Assembly (NCBI GenBank): GCA_022813865.1
Contig: JALDZX010000096.1
Coordinates: 1 to 46,008 of the forward strand
DNA length: 46,008 nt
Source: Xylographa opegraphella
Taxonomy: Eukaryota
Reading direction: 5' to 3'
How positions within the stretch are numbered: position 1 is the first letter of the stretch; the number at the start of each line of letters is the position of its first letter. Below, piece after piece: positions 34,003-45,369 of the stretch. The notes below the pieces were generated by a model, which did no database searches, was not told the origin of the DNA, and saw only the letters and a list, made by a program, of their open reading frames with translations. A program made the position numbers and the translations under genes.

Positions 34003-34410
34003 AGCGGTTGTCTGCAGAAGGACATCAGGGGTCTTAAGATGTATATATGTGATATGAGCGGCTCCTACAAGTAGCATTATCGAAGCGAGGAAATTTGGTC
34101 ATTTGATCAGGATGTTTGAGTAACGCATAGGTCTACAGTAGTGGACGGACATACAGTGCAACTATGAACTTTCTTTGCACATATCTGTCGTGACGATTTC
34201 CTCTGATGTTCCCCAAGACTAATTGCAGTCCTCCACCTCCATCGCCGAAGCGCTGGCACCATAATTTCTCCTCTTCGACCACCGCTCGAAGGACATCTTA
34301 TCTTTGCGTATGCAATCGAATCGAAGCTCAATTCCCAAAAACTCCAGCGATGCCGCTAATGTCACACGAACCCACAGAAGTCTCTTCTCATACCAGTCCA
34401 GACATTATAA

Positions 34411-36024
34411 TCACACCATCACCCTCCTCAAGCCCTCCGTCCCACCCAGAAGCCTCCTTCCGGTAACGGCACACCTCCCTTTCCCGCTCTCCCACCTCCC
34501 TACTCTACTACTCGTACCTCTTCCCGTCCGTGCTCCGCTCCGATCTCCAACCCCTTTGCCACCATCATTTCTACCCGTATTTCCCAATCCCTCCTCCTCC
34601 TCATCACTTTCGTCGCCCCATCCTTCTTCCCCACCACCGCCTTCCATCCACGCCAGCTGCCGCTCGTGGCTGCCGTCTACCCATTTGAAGATACAGGTGT
34701 AGCAGAAGACGAAGCCGGTCTGTGCCGCGGTGGGCGTTTGGATGGGATGGAGGCAGATGGGGCAGAGGGAGGATGTGCGTTGTGTTGGTGGGGCGACGGT
34801 GAGGATGGGGAGGTGCGTTGTGGATGAGATGGGTGGGGAGAGTTTTGGAGCGGGCGAGGTGGTGGTGGGCCTGGTGGAGGGAGCTGGGGCCGAGGGGTGG
34901 GAAACGGAAATTGAGTTGGAGGAGGCAAGTGATACGGTGTTGAGAACAGAGGAGACCTCCGCTGTAGGAGAAGTGCCTTGGAGGTTGCTAGAATGGACAG
35001 GGCTGGACTTGGAAAGCACGGGCAGCCCGGAGATTATGGGTGGTGGTAGATCCAGCCCTTCAGCTGCTTTCCGTGAAAGCTGTCTGGCAAAGTCGGAGGC
35101 GTGCCACCATTCCAGGAACTTGAGAGCGAAGATGGATGTTGGTAGGAGGATTTTGAGGCTATAAAGGAGGCGCGGTAGAATGGTCGTCGCGAGGGTACGG
35201 GGATTGAGTATACTATTGTTCTGGCCTGGTCGCGCTCCCGGTCCTGAGGATGAGGGTACTGAAGGCTCCATTGCGAGGGCTATCGCGCGGTGATCCGCCT
35301 CTCCTAAACGACGGATCCGCGTCCCGATAAGAAACAGGAAGGGTGATGAATACTTGGTGTTATCGAACAAATAGGCGAGGTTGAAGGCCAGCAGCGAGAA
35401 ATAGTAGGCGGCATTTATACTGGGGTAGATATTCCGCAAGAACCATTTGTAGTAATATAACATCCGTTGCCGTAGCGTCGCGTCCACCGGAAGAACATCG
35501 CGATTGTACGTCGGTCCTAGGATCATAGCCTGCGGAGCGTAGATATCATAGCTCTCATCAAGCTTGCGCTTCAGATAGGGCAGGCCAACCATAACGGTGA
35601 GGTTCTTCCATATATCGCTTGTGCGCAGCTTCAGCGTTTCGCGCATGAGTTCTGGGACAGCAAGCTGCGCTCGTGGTGCTTCGCCGCCTTTGATACAGGG
35701 AACGCGCTCGCGATTGAGCCCGTAGAAGTTTTCGGTGAAGCCGCCGCCATACGTGAGGAGGTAGTGCCGCTCAACGGCGAGCATAAGTAAGGCATAGATC
35801 TCGTCGAAGGAATTGAGGATCCGGAGGAGGTATCGAGGGTGGCGCTGGGTGGCAAGGACGAGCAGATATCGTATCGAGGGAGGGAGAAGTGCAGATAACT
35901 GCTGTTCGGATATCAGCTCTATTAATGGTTAGTGAATGCTTGTCCCTAGGTTCCAATGGGGCATACCAAACAGTGAGGGTTTCTGGTCGTCCAGGCCTGC
36001 TTGGAGGCTCGGTATGAACTCCAT
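34411..36024 (-). CDS. PEX12: Peroxin-12 (RING peroxin)
   Basis: MEFIP..[56 protein letters not shown], and a degenerate RING CPIC..GFVFCYTC..CAVTG. One intron near the 5' end. Confidence 0.95.
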
Positions 36025-36277
36025 GTTGACTAGGCGAGCTCGTCTTAAGCCTCATCATAGATCAGGCATGCGGCGCTCGTCGTATAGTATACAAAAGCAA
36101 GCAGTATCAGCCCAAGCACACCGTAGAAACCGGGATGAATTGCAATGATATGTCGCTAACCGCGGCAAACGTACCGAGGTTGACAGAAGCTACTAACAGA
36201 TCTATGAAATGCTACAGACTAGATACCTTACCTAAGACTTCAAGTTCCGAAGATTACATCAACCACGCTTCATCACA

Positions 36278-37884
36278 ATGTTAATAATAGCTGATGAAGA
36301 AAGTTCTAAAAGGAGTGCTCACTTGCCGTCTCCTCACCCAACATTCTCATTCTGGCACAATGAACCATCGCCGTTCCTCCTCCACCACCGCACAACTTCC
36401 GAGCTCCCCAAAGTAGCCGATGTTGTTGTCATTGGCTCAGGAATATCTGGTGCTTTCGCTGCCAAGAAGCTTCTTGAGGAGCCTAAGCTCAGTGTTGTAA
36501 TGCTTGAAGCGAGAGAAGCATGCTGGGGCGCAACAGGACGAGTATGAACCGCTGATTCTGTTACTGCTTTTATCTACTACAATCCCTGACCGCAATTTCT
36601 TTTCTTACGTGTTCAGAATGGTGGCCATTGCCAACCGCAATTATATGAGAATCCAGCGGATGTGGCTGCCTTTCAACTTCGAAACTTCGAAAGCATAGAT
36701 GCCCTTGTGCGGGAACATGATATCCCCTGCGAATGGCAACGGATGCCAGGCGGAGGCTGCCATGCATATTTTTCGCAAAAGTACTTTGAAGAAGCTAGGT
36801 TAGAAGTCGAGAATCTCAAGCAAAGTGACTCAAGTATGGGCGATACTGTTCGGGTGGTTGAGAACAAGGAGGAACTGTCCGTACTCAGGATTCCTACAGC
36901 GGTTGGTGCCGTAATTCAATCTAGAGCGGCGAAACTTTCGCCATACAAGCTTGTTTCATGGATCCTGGAAGATCTGGTGCAGAACTCAGGGCTCAACCTC
37001 CAAACATCTACACCAGTAGTGTCTCTCACTCCTTCCAGGGCCTCCACGTCACAATCAACGTCAATGTGGACTGTGCAAACCCCACGGGGTATCATTCTCG
37101 CCCACCATGTACTCATTACCACGAACGGATATACAAGTTACCTCCTCCCGCAGTTCCGGTCCATGATCGTCCCTGTCCGCGGTGAGATGTCCGCTCTACG
37201 AACCCCTAGTCCTCTAATCCAGCAGCCGCTGGACCACACGTATTCCTTCATCGGCACGGTTGGCCAAGACCGTATACAGGACGATTATCTAGTACAGCGA
37301 CCCATTTCACCCAATGGCAAAGGCGGAGGAGAACTGATGTTCGGCGGAGGACGAGCCAAAGCCTTTCACGAAGGCGTGAACGTAGACAGCGACGACACTA
37401 TCGATGACCCGGCGGCGGAGTACCTGCGGAAAAAATTAGCCCAAGTTCTCGATATCGGAACAGGTGCAGATCCACCTGCAGTACCACATAGCGAAGGGGT
37501 AGAATTACCAGCCAAGAAAGAATGGACCGGCATTATGGGATTCTCGCGTGACGGCCATCCCTGGGTTGGAGCTGTTCCGGGGTCACCAGGCCTGTGGCTA
37601 TCCGGTGCATACACCGGGTCTGGTAAGCACTTCTTGTTTACACAATGGATCACCACGACATCTACTGCGTTGCGTATACTGATACTGAATCAGGAATGCC
37701 TAATGCTGCTCTATCTGGCCAGCACGCAGCCTGCCTCATCCTTGCTGCACGTAGAGCCCAGGATTGGAGAGCCGTAGAGCAAGAAGCCATCCGAAGTGGG
37801 GCTATCCCACGGTGTTACATTATCACAAAGGAGAGAATGGAGCGGGCGCAGAAGCTGCCAGAGGTCGGAACTCGAAAGCTATAG
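36278..37884 (+). CDS. FAD-dependent oxidoreductase (DAO/glycine oxidase-like family)
   Basis: LPSPHPTFSFW, VVVIGSGISGA, LEAREACWGATGR-NGGH, TNGYTSYLLP, DYLVQR, WTGIMGFSRDGHPWVG, YTGSGMP. Introns 36542-36617 and about 37623-37693. Confidence 0.92.
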
Positions 37885-38336
37885 TTTTTTGACCACTTAC
37901 GGTAATATCATATCGCAAGCACTACACAGTTCCTATCTCACGTTATCGCCAAGACCACGCATGTAGATGACTGATCGTTGCGGGTTCTGACCCATACATC
38001 TTACCTCGCGGTGCGCATATTTTTCGATGGCTATATCAAACTACGTCGCTTCAATTCCTCTCGATGTGGACACTGAGCGAACCAAGTGTGCTCGTAATTG
38101 CAATACGAGGTGAGCTTCTTTCGGGCGCCCATGCATGTCAGCCCCGTATTCGTGAAATCATGTGATTACGATCTGCCTTGGGGTCCGGAATGTTTTTCAA
38201 TGATATGTGACACATAAGCATGCTGTATAAATACTCCAGCTCTACCCAGAAGCAAGGCAATTAAGTATTCCGTATTGCCAGCCTTCTCAACGCCACTAAT
38301 AAACAGATCTCGCCACTGGTAGCACTACCGCTCGAC

Positions 38337-38724
38337 ATGCAGCTCTCAATCGTACGATATCACCACCCATTCCCCTTCCCCACCAGAACGACTAACACCC
38401 CAATCCCAGCTCCTCCCCCTCATTCCACTCCTCACCCTCGCCGTGGCCTTCCCGACCATCTCCGTCAACACGTACGAAGACAGAACGTGCCAGGTCTTGG
38501 ACGTCGAGGGCTACGCCTTCAAACACAACAAGGTGTGCACGCAGTTCATCGAGGAGGAGGGTAGTTTCATCGCGACGAGCAAGAAGCCCGTCAAGGAGGG
38601 CTGCGTGCTGCAGGTGTTCGCCAGCACGGATTGTACGGACGTGCTGGCTGCCATCACGGTCAATGCGGGGTGTGAGGCGCCGTACTTGGGGCCAGCAAGT
38701 AGCGGGTGGGTGATTGGGTGTTAG
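38337..38724 (+). CDS. Small secreted cysteine-rich protein (109 aa, 6 Cys)
   Basis: TATAAA at about 38226; exon 38337-38351, intron 38352-38409 (GTACGA..ACTAAC..CAG), exon 38410-38724. Splicing creates the signal peptide MQLSILLPLIPLLTLAVA; codon third positions are GC-rich. Confidence 0.82.
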
Positions 38725-40963
38725 GCCGATGGAGCAAGGGGTGGCGAGGTTTGGGAAGGGGGAAAGGAAGGGGGAAGTTGAATATGGTTGTGAGAACAGG
38801 TGTGTATACTAACCGGATCATGATGCTTGATGCGTCGAGGCATCAATGGGTCTGAGGAACTTTTGACTGCGAAATTGAAGTCTGAATAGTCCGACGCTGA
38901 GAACTGACCTTCGAAACTGACTTGAAGGACCCGCCACACTTTGAGAAATGGTGCATCGCTCGTGCCGGATCCAAATTGACCGAGCTTGGCGTTTTCTTCT
39001 TGCCATGTATCTACTTTTTGGCACCTCGAGTCTGTGATGAAGATCTTGAATTGAAGCGTTCTTTGATTTCTTGATCAAAGCGCAGATATTATGTTGATCT
39101 GGCTGCGAGATCTTCCTTTGTCGTTTCGGCCATAGTGAACTGCACCTAGCCAGTTTCACGCGTGTTGTTTGGGTATGGGATGGTTTTTCGTGCAAAGAGT
39201 TGCTCATAGTATTGGACTTCCGCTCTTCGTTCGTATTGAAATCACCTTCTGTTTAGGATTGTTTCTCGCTATTATATAACTTAAATTCAAAGCTGTGTTC
39301 GCGTAACTCACTTCGACATAAATCATGCACAGTATGTATAATGTCCCAGATTAGGAGGCGTAACGCTTCAAAGCGGGTGGGTCATGAACGAAAATGGGAA
39401 TACATGATCGTCGATTGAGCACTTCCTACGACGGCAGGATAGGCTAGATAGAGGCTGACAAGGGCTCTGCAGAGAACGAAGAGCCCGGTGGCCGCAGAGT
39501 TTACGAAGTCATGTAACTCTTTTGAGCAAGGTAAGGTTGAACGAGAATAGGAGGATATCGGGGAGAAATCCAACTTCGTCAAGTGACTTAAGCAAAAGCA
39601 TCTTCGCACCCTCTTTTCACAAGCTTTCACCAGTTTTGATCCGTCACCTCAATCATTGGGGAGTCCCAAGCAAATGCTCTCCCTTATCAGAGCTGATGGA
39701 GAAGAATAATAAGTAGAGCAGGAGCTGTAGCTGGAGCTGGTGGCAGAAAAACCGAAAGCCAATTAATGGCTTGGCCTCCCCACTAGCTAGCCCGTTAGTC
39801 CTGATTTGGCGCTAGCTTAACGTAACTCGGCTGGCAACGTCTGGCGTACAAAAGGCACGAAGGTGCGTGCAGCTTCAATATTATCTTCCTACCTTCGATC
39901 CATGGCTTGAGCTATCGCGATGCAGGTCTCGACGAGGTGGAGACTCTACGCCTCTCAGGGTGGAGCATATTGTAGCCACCGGGGGCAAGCTGAACAGATA
40001 TTGGGACCATCTCTACCAAACTCAAATTCAAGCACTTCCTCTCCACATCCATAAAATCTACACGCGAAGTCAAATTTTATATTTCTGTCAAGATAGACTT
40101 TAAGACTCAACCGCAGTTTGCGTTCTTACGTATGTCATCCGACCAAACTGAAACCATGATCGGGACAAACTACCGAGGACGCACTCCTGGCAGATTGCCT
40201 GTACTTTCGTCCACCTCTTTCCTTCGCTTCAAGGTCCAATTCGCGGTTGAGACATTGCAGAGAAAAATTCCATACCATGATCAATCGTTTCGCGTAGCAG
40301 AGCCCATCAATGGCAATGGGACCAATTCAGATACTGCAATCACTCATTCCACCTAAGAGCTTGCACATGCCAAGCCAACCTCAATGTGCTTCGAAGGCGG
40401 ATCCACACCTGGAATTTTCTAGGACACCCATCTCTTGGCGTCCCCCAGGTTTTATTTTGGTTCAAGTGGCGAATACCTGCATAATTTCTACACGCATTTT
40501 TTCTTGGCTTTTCGTCGAGTAATTGCTTGGCCGACCACCAAATGAACTCCTCGGCTGCCCTTGGGTGCTTAGCAGAGAAGCAATGAGCTAGTCCGCTACA
40601 CGTACGTCTATGTAGCCCATCGAGGTAGATGTTCGCCGCATTACAGAATTTGTCCGCGTTTTCAACCATGTCGTCCAGAGCCTCTGGTTTTGCAATTAAT
40701 CTTGAGACTCCACTCGTAGTATCTTATTAAGTTTATGAATTTTACGGCTAAAGCTATTATATAGTCCGAACATCTCTCATATACCGCAAATGCTTAGGAA
40801 TGGACCAATCTATTCTTTACAGACTTTCGTGGACCCGCTTTTTTGGCTCCAAGGTATAATTCTCGAGTGTTTGCACTTCTCTAGTCTCGATATTGGTCGA
40901 GCTTTTCTGCCTCCGTAGACCTATAAAGTCAAGGAGTACTCCCGTAGTCTTTCAGATTCAAAC

Positions 40964-41047
40964 TCGCTCCTTCACATTCATACCCATTACTCCTTACTGA
41001 TACTTCGCTCCTTCACATTCATACCCATTACTCCTTACTGATACTTC
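40964..41047. repeat. Perfect 41-bp tandem duplication in a 5' leader
   Basis: TCGCTCCTTCACATTCATACCCATTACTCCTTACTGATACT at 40964-41004 and 41005-41045. Confidence 0.95.
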
Positions 41048-41057
41048 AACAGCAACA

Positions 41058-42272
41058 ATGAAGAACGTCCTATTCTCTGCTGCTTTCGCAGCACTCATGT
41101 CTTCGGCCTTGACCACTGCAACCGCTCTATCCAAAATCGGTGATCTCTCTACCAGCCGCTTGTCCGCCAGAATGGCTGCGTCAAGTATGGAGAACGTGGC
41201 CGGCGAACAACCAATGTCCACATGCGCAGATGACTTGGCAATGGCAAATATGACAAGTACACGCCTCGTCGAAATTCCTGCTTCAACAATGGCAAATATA
41301 ACAACAACTCGCCCTGTATCCACTGAAACATCTGTTTGGAGGATGGCAAATATGACGACCACCAGTGTACCTACCGGCTCGAGATCGACTCCTGGACAGG
41401 CTGTGGCAACGGCCGTCATCATCAACAAGTACTACAGCAATACTACCAACATTTTCCAGTCGCATACTGTGAACAACTACATCAACAACGTGGTCAACAA
41501 TTATTACAGTACCAGTATAATCAACAACTATTATATCAATATCTGTACTTGCAATGGAGGCAGTAACGTCACCGTCAACGTCAATTGCGTCATCCCAGTG
41601 ACGGTTCTTGCGGCTTTCGAAACTGGCCTTATCAACTACTACTCGACATCATCTTCTGTCTACTACATCAAGCTTTGCTCAGCTTGTCCCATCACACCTG
41701 TCAGCAAGAATAATGGCACAGTCATCTCCCCCGCATCACCTGGTGTCCCAGTGCAGATTATTCCGGCTCCTGTGATCAGCACAACTATATCGGCTCCTGC
41801 TGCTGCCAACACTTCCGCTATAGCTGCAGTAGTCGTTTATGCGTCTGTTGTATGCCCTTCATGCCCAGGCCTGGCTCCAGCAGCAGCTCCGACCACCGCT
41901 ACAAGTACTGGAGCAGCTGTGACTACCGCCCATGGTTCTGGAGCAGCTTTGACAAACGCTGAGAGCACTGGAGCCGTAACATTAGTCAACTCTGCCTCAG
42001 CCGTATCACCTGTCCCGACAAACCCGGCGGTCACAAGCATGCTCAAAGCTACAAACACTCCCGTTGCTCCAGGCTCGTCGCTAGCAGGCTTCTACTCCAT
42101 GCTAAATGCGCAGGGTTCGAGCACAAGATCCAACTTTGCTTCTCAGCCGAGCTCGGGTACAAGCCCAGCAGGACCAGCAGCAAGCATCTTCAGTAGCGCA
42201 GGATCCACGGTGAGCATCAAGCTGACCTCCGTTGCCAGTGCTGTCATGGCGATGCTCGTTCTACTCCTATGA
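41058..42272 (+). CDS. Secreted Ser/Thr/Ala-rich, probably GPI-anchored cell-wall protein with Asn/Tyr-rich core
   Basis: TATAAA at about 40922 and ACA-ATG start; signal peptide MKNVLFSAAFAALMSSALT; STA-rich stalk; omega-like SSAGS followed by the hydrophobic tail VASAVMAMLVLLL. Confidence 0.85.
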   Translation: MKNVLFSAAFAALMSSALTTATALSKIGDLSTSRLSARMAASSMENVAGEQPMSTCADDLAMANMTSTRLVEIPASTMANITTTRPVSTETSVWRMANMTTTSVPTGSRSTPGQAVATAVIINKYYSNTTNIFQSHTVNNYINNVVNNYYSTSIINNYYINICTCNGGSNVTVNVNCVIPVTVLAAFETGLINYYSTSSSVYYIKLCSACPITPVSKNNGTVISPASPGVPVQIIPAPVISTTISAPAAANTSAIAAVVVYASVVCPSCPGLAPAAAPTTATSTGAAVTTAHGSGAALTNAESTGAVTLVNSASAVSPVPTNPAVTSMLKATNTPVAPGSSLAGFYSMLNAQGSSTRSNFASQPSSGTSPAGPAASIFSSAGSTVSIKLTSVASAVMAMLVLLL

Positions 42273-43301
42273 AGGCATCAGTGGTGCTTGTGAAGCGGTA
42301 CTTTGAGCGGGGGACGTTGGTGGACTTTGATTATGGTCAAACGGGTTTATAGTGGAGGCACATATCACCGGTCATTGCCGGCTGATGCCATTAATGTCTA
42401 ATAGTAGGAGGCTGTCGGTTATGTGAAAAAAGTGCTCTGGGGTATCTGGGGTTGTGTATGAACGCTCAATAGGAAAGATTGTAGATACCCTCCTCGATTG
42501 AGCCGATGGATCAAATATTAGAATAATAAGTAAACTGCTGATAACTACTTGTTCATTCCTCATGCCTTGTTCCTGTAATGGTGATGTGCAGTGTTCGTGT
42601 CACCCATAACGTACATGATTATTCAAAGGAGGGACTGATCCTTAGATTCATATTGTTTCCTTGTGAAGCAAGTGTTGGAAGGTCCTCGTCTTCCATCACG
42701 AAACGCGTTAAGCGCGCAGATTGAACGCTGCCGACTCCACGATCGGACGCCGAGCATATCTATCAACTGATAGAATCGCCACATTCTCTGCTCTGGCACT
42801 TCTGAACATGGCCCCAAGTTGCGCCTAGGTATCCGTCGTGATTGGAGATCATCTGTTGCGAATGCGTGACAGTCTACGGAGGTACAGTAGGTAGATACAT
42901 AGTTGGGTATATGAGCCAGGTCTAAAAACTTAAGAACCGAATGCCCCCAACCTTTCGAAAAAGAACCGAACGCCCGTGGGCGCAATACATCAAAGTACAT
43001 TCCTAACCCTGGCTTCCTAACTCGCTGCCCTCGACCCTAACTGATCTTTTAAGCCTTCAAACGTGTTGCAGCGTTCCTAACTGTAGATACATAGTGGGTA
43101 GATTGTTCTTTCTTGAAAGGTAGGGGGTATCCGGATCTTTAAATTTTGAAGACAAGGTATATCGTTCTTTTACCCTTGATGGTTACCATCATTTTCTTCG
43201 GAACTTTCCGAAGCGCCATGTCCACTTTCCATCTGCGACCATAAACTCCGTAAGCTTGCCATCTAATCACACCGAGTCCAACCATTCTCATTGCCAAAAC
43301 C

Positions 43302-44180
43302 ATGTTTCAGTCCTTCCTCGTCTTCATGTCTCTCAGGACCGGGGCTTCCTTAGCAACCCTCACACTCTTGCTCAATAAAGTCTCCGCCCTCTATGGCCTC
43401 CTCGCCCTCCTCACTAGCCTGCATCTCTCACCAGTCCAGTTGTCGATGTACATATACTCCCTTCTCGTCCTAGCCGTTATTACCTATCTGGCCCCACATA
43501 TTCGGACGCAATCGCCCTTCCACTGCCTCGCGCTTGCGTGGGTGTATGCAATTGACACTGTTGTCAACGCGGGATATACGGTGGTGTTCGCCGTGGCGTG
43601 GTTTCTCGTCCTGGCTCAGCATCAAAGCCAGAATCCATCGCAGGATGGGACGCCCGGAGCTGGTGGAGTGATGATCAATGATACAGCGGGATTTATATCT
43701 CCGAAATACAATGTGTCACACGTGGAACTTGTCGGTACCGCCGCTATGGATTCCTCTGATTCTATAGCCGTGGGATCTCCAGCGGTTGCAGCGGCTGGCA
43801 TGAACACTACGCCGGGGGCGCCAATGCTGAGCCACGGCTTCCTGCAGCCGGAAGGTATAACTAGCGCAACAGTTGTCGTGGTGCTGTTTCTCATACGGAT
43901 TTATCTGATGTTGATCGTCATGAGCTTTGCGCGAGAGGTGCTCCGCAGGCACATGAGTAGAATACAGCACGATGCAACGACCCTGCAAGTTCACGATGAG
44001 AAGAGTGGACAAGCGCAAACCCCATTCTCGGAACGGTATACTGCAGGCAAAGGATGGAAAGGAAGGCTCGGAAGAGCGATGGTGAAGCCCGGAAGGAGAT
44101 ACTGGTTGGGCGCAGAGCACGAGCAGGTCGATGGTTTGGTCGATGGTAGTAGATATCTGCCTGAATCGAGGCCGATATAG
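43302..44180 (+). CDS. KEI1: Inositolphosphorylceramide synthase regulatory subunit Kei1 (DUF1753)
   Basis: SFLVFMSLRTGA..LLNKVSALYGLLALLT..LSPVQLSMYIYS, HIRTQSP..CLALAW.Y.IDT.VNA, INDTAGF..PKYNVS, LIRIY...IVMSFAR, GWKGRLGRAMV...YW. 5' end ambiguous. Confidence 0.88.
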   Translation: MFQSFLVFMSLRTGASLATLTLLLNKVSALYGLLALLTSLHLSPVQLSMYIYSLLVLAVITYLAPHIRTQSPFHCLALAWVYAIDTVVNAGYTVVFAVAWFLVLAQHQSQNPSQDGTPGAGGVMINDTAGFISPKYNVSHVELVGTAAMDSSDSIAVGSPAVAAAGMNTTPGAPMLSHGFLQPEGITSATVVVVLFLIRIYLMLIVMSFAREVLRRHMSRIQHDATTLQVHDEKSGQAQTPFSERYTAGKGWKGRLGRAMVKPGRRYWLGAEHEQVDGLVDGSRYLPESRPI

Positions 44181-45369
44181 GTGCTTCAGGGAAGTGGGAG
44201 ACGAGAAGAAGACGAAGAAGAAGTGGGACGAGCTCCAGGGCATTGACTGTAGAGGTCTTGGACGCGTAGAGAAACAGTCCTGGAGAATAATGCTCATGAT
44301 GATCAATTCTCTGGAGGAATACGGAGAAGGTGCTGGACGGGATGACTACGGTGTAGCCATTGGATCCCTTGGGTTCACGATAATCATGGCAGCAGTGATC
44401 GACGGGAATTACTAGAGATACATCATTTGAATACAGCATAGCGTGAGACTCGCCAATTCAACAAATTAGAGATGTTTGACACGGTTAGCTTTCTGTAATT
44501 ATATCCAGACAGTCCTCTATTGACCGCATTGGCTGAATATGCCAATAGTTTCGAGCAGTGTAAGTCACGCTCCACTAAACTGCTGGATTCTACACTACCA
44601 AGCCACATGAAGCTGCCAGGCCAAGATAAGAGACCTTTGGCCTGGTGCAGACTCACTCCCATCTCCGACTTTTCCATCAACTTCTCGCGTTTCTTCCACT
44701 TCTTTCCTCGATGATCAGCGCCGTACTGTTCCTTTCCCTGACATACCTTGATGTACGGATGGAATTGGCTGCGTATGGTTATAGCATTGATAAAAGCGAC
44801 CGAATAGGAGAAATCTTCTCTGCTGATATTAAAACAGCTGTAAATAGCTCAGCAATGGCTAGTCTAGTCTTTATTTTCGACGGGGTGATGCCTGCCATGA
44901 CTGCTGTGGTTGTTGGGTTGTCTGCGGAACCTTCTCAAATTTCCATAAATGAAAGGCCTTACTAGCCCAACCATTCCAGGTGTGGAGAGGCTCGAGGCTG
45001 TGTAGAGAGATATATAGATCAAATAGCCACAAGATATGTTCGCTGAACGCGACACCACGACTTGCTGATGGCAGCGCTATAAACATGGTTGGAAATGTTT
45101 TTCACACCTCATAAGCCGTCAGCTCCGAGCTGCATTTGAGTCACACAGCTGTTAATGAATTGACCATAACAAGCCACTCATACACGACGAGTCTCCTAGC
45201 TGTTGCAGGGTCATTTGGAGAAGGCAACTGGCACGTGAACAAGGGAAAGTGGGTGTGGAAATTGCTTGGTGATAGAAGGGTTCGCAAGTAGAGAAGCGAA
45301 GAAAATATCACTGTGCAGAAACGGGTAAATCTCTTTCATCTTTGAGATAATGGTTGCATTCATGTCTGT

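Noticed and set aside
37870..37884. C-terminal -RKL of the FAD oxidoreductase as a PTS1, tempting because it is head-to-head with PEX12
   Set aside because: Arg at position -3 does not fit the small-residue PTS1 consensus; adjacency alone is not evidence.
38818..39207. 129-aa minus-strand ORF
   Set aside because: No recognisable motif, codon bias or splice support.
41230..41566. Alternative frame with NGKYD/NGKYN/DGKYD-Cys repeats in the wall-protein gene
   Set aside because: It contains a stop, and differences between repeat copies fall mostly on third codon positions of the main MAN(M/I)T frame, which supports the main frame.
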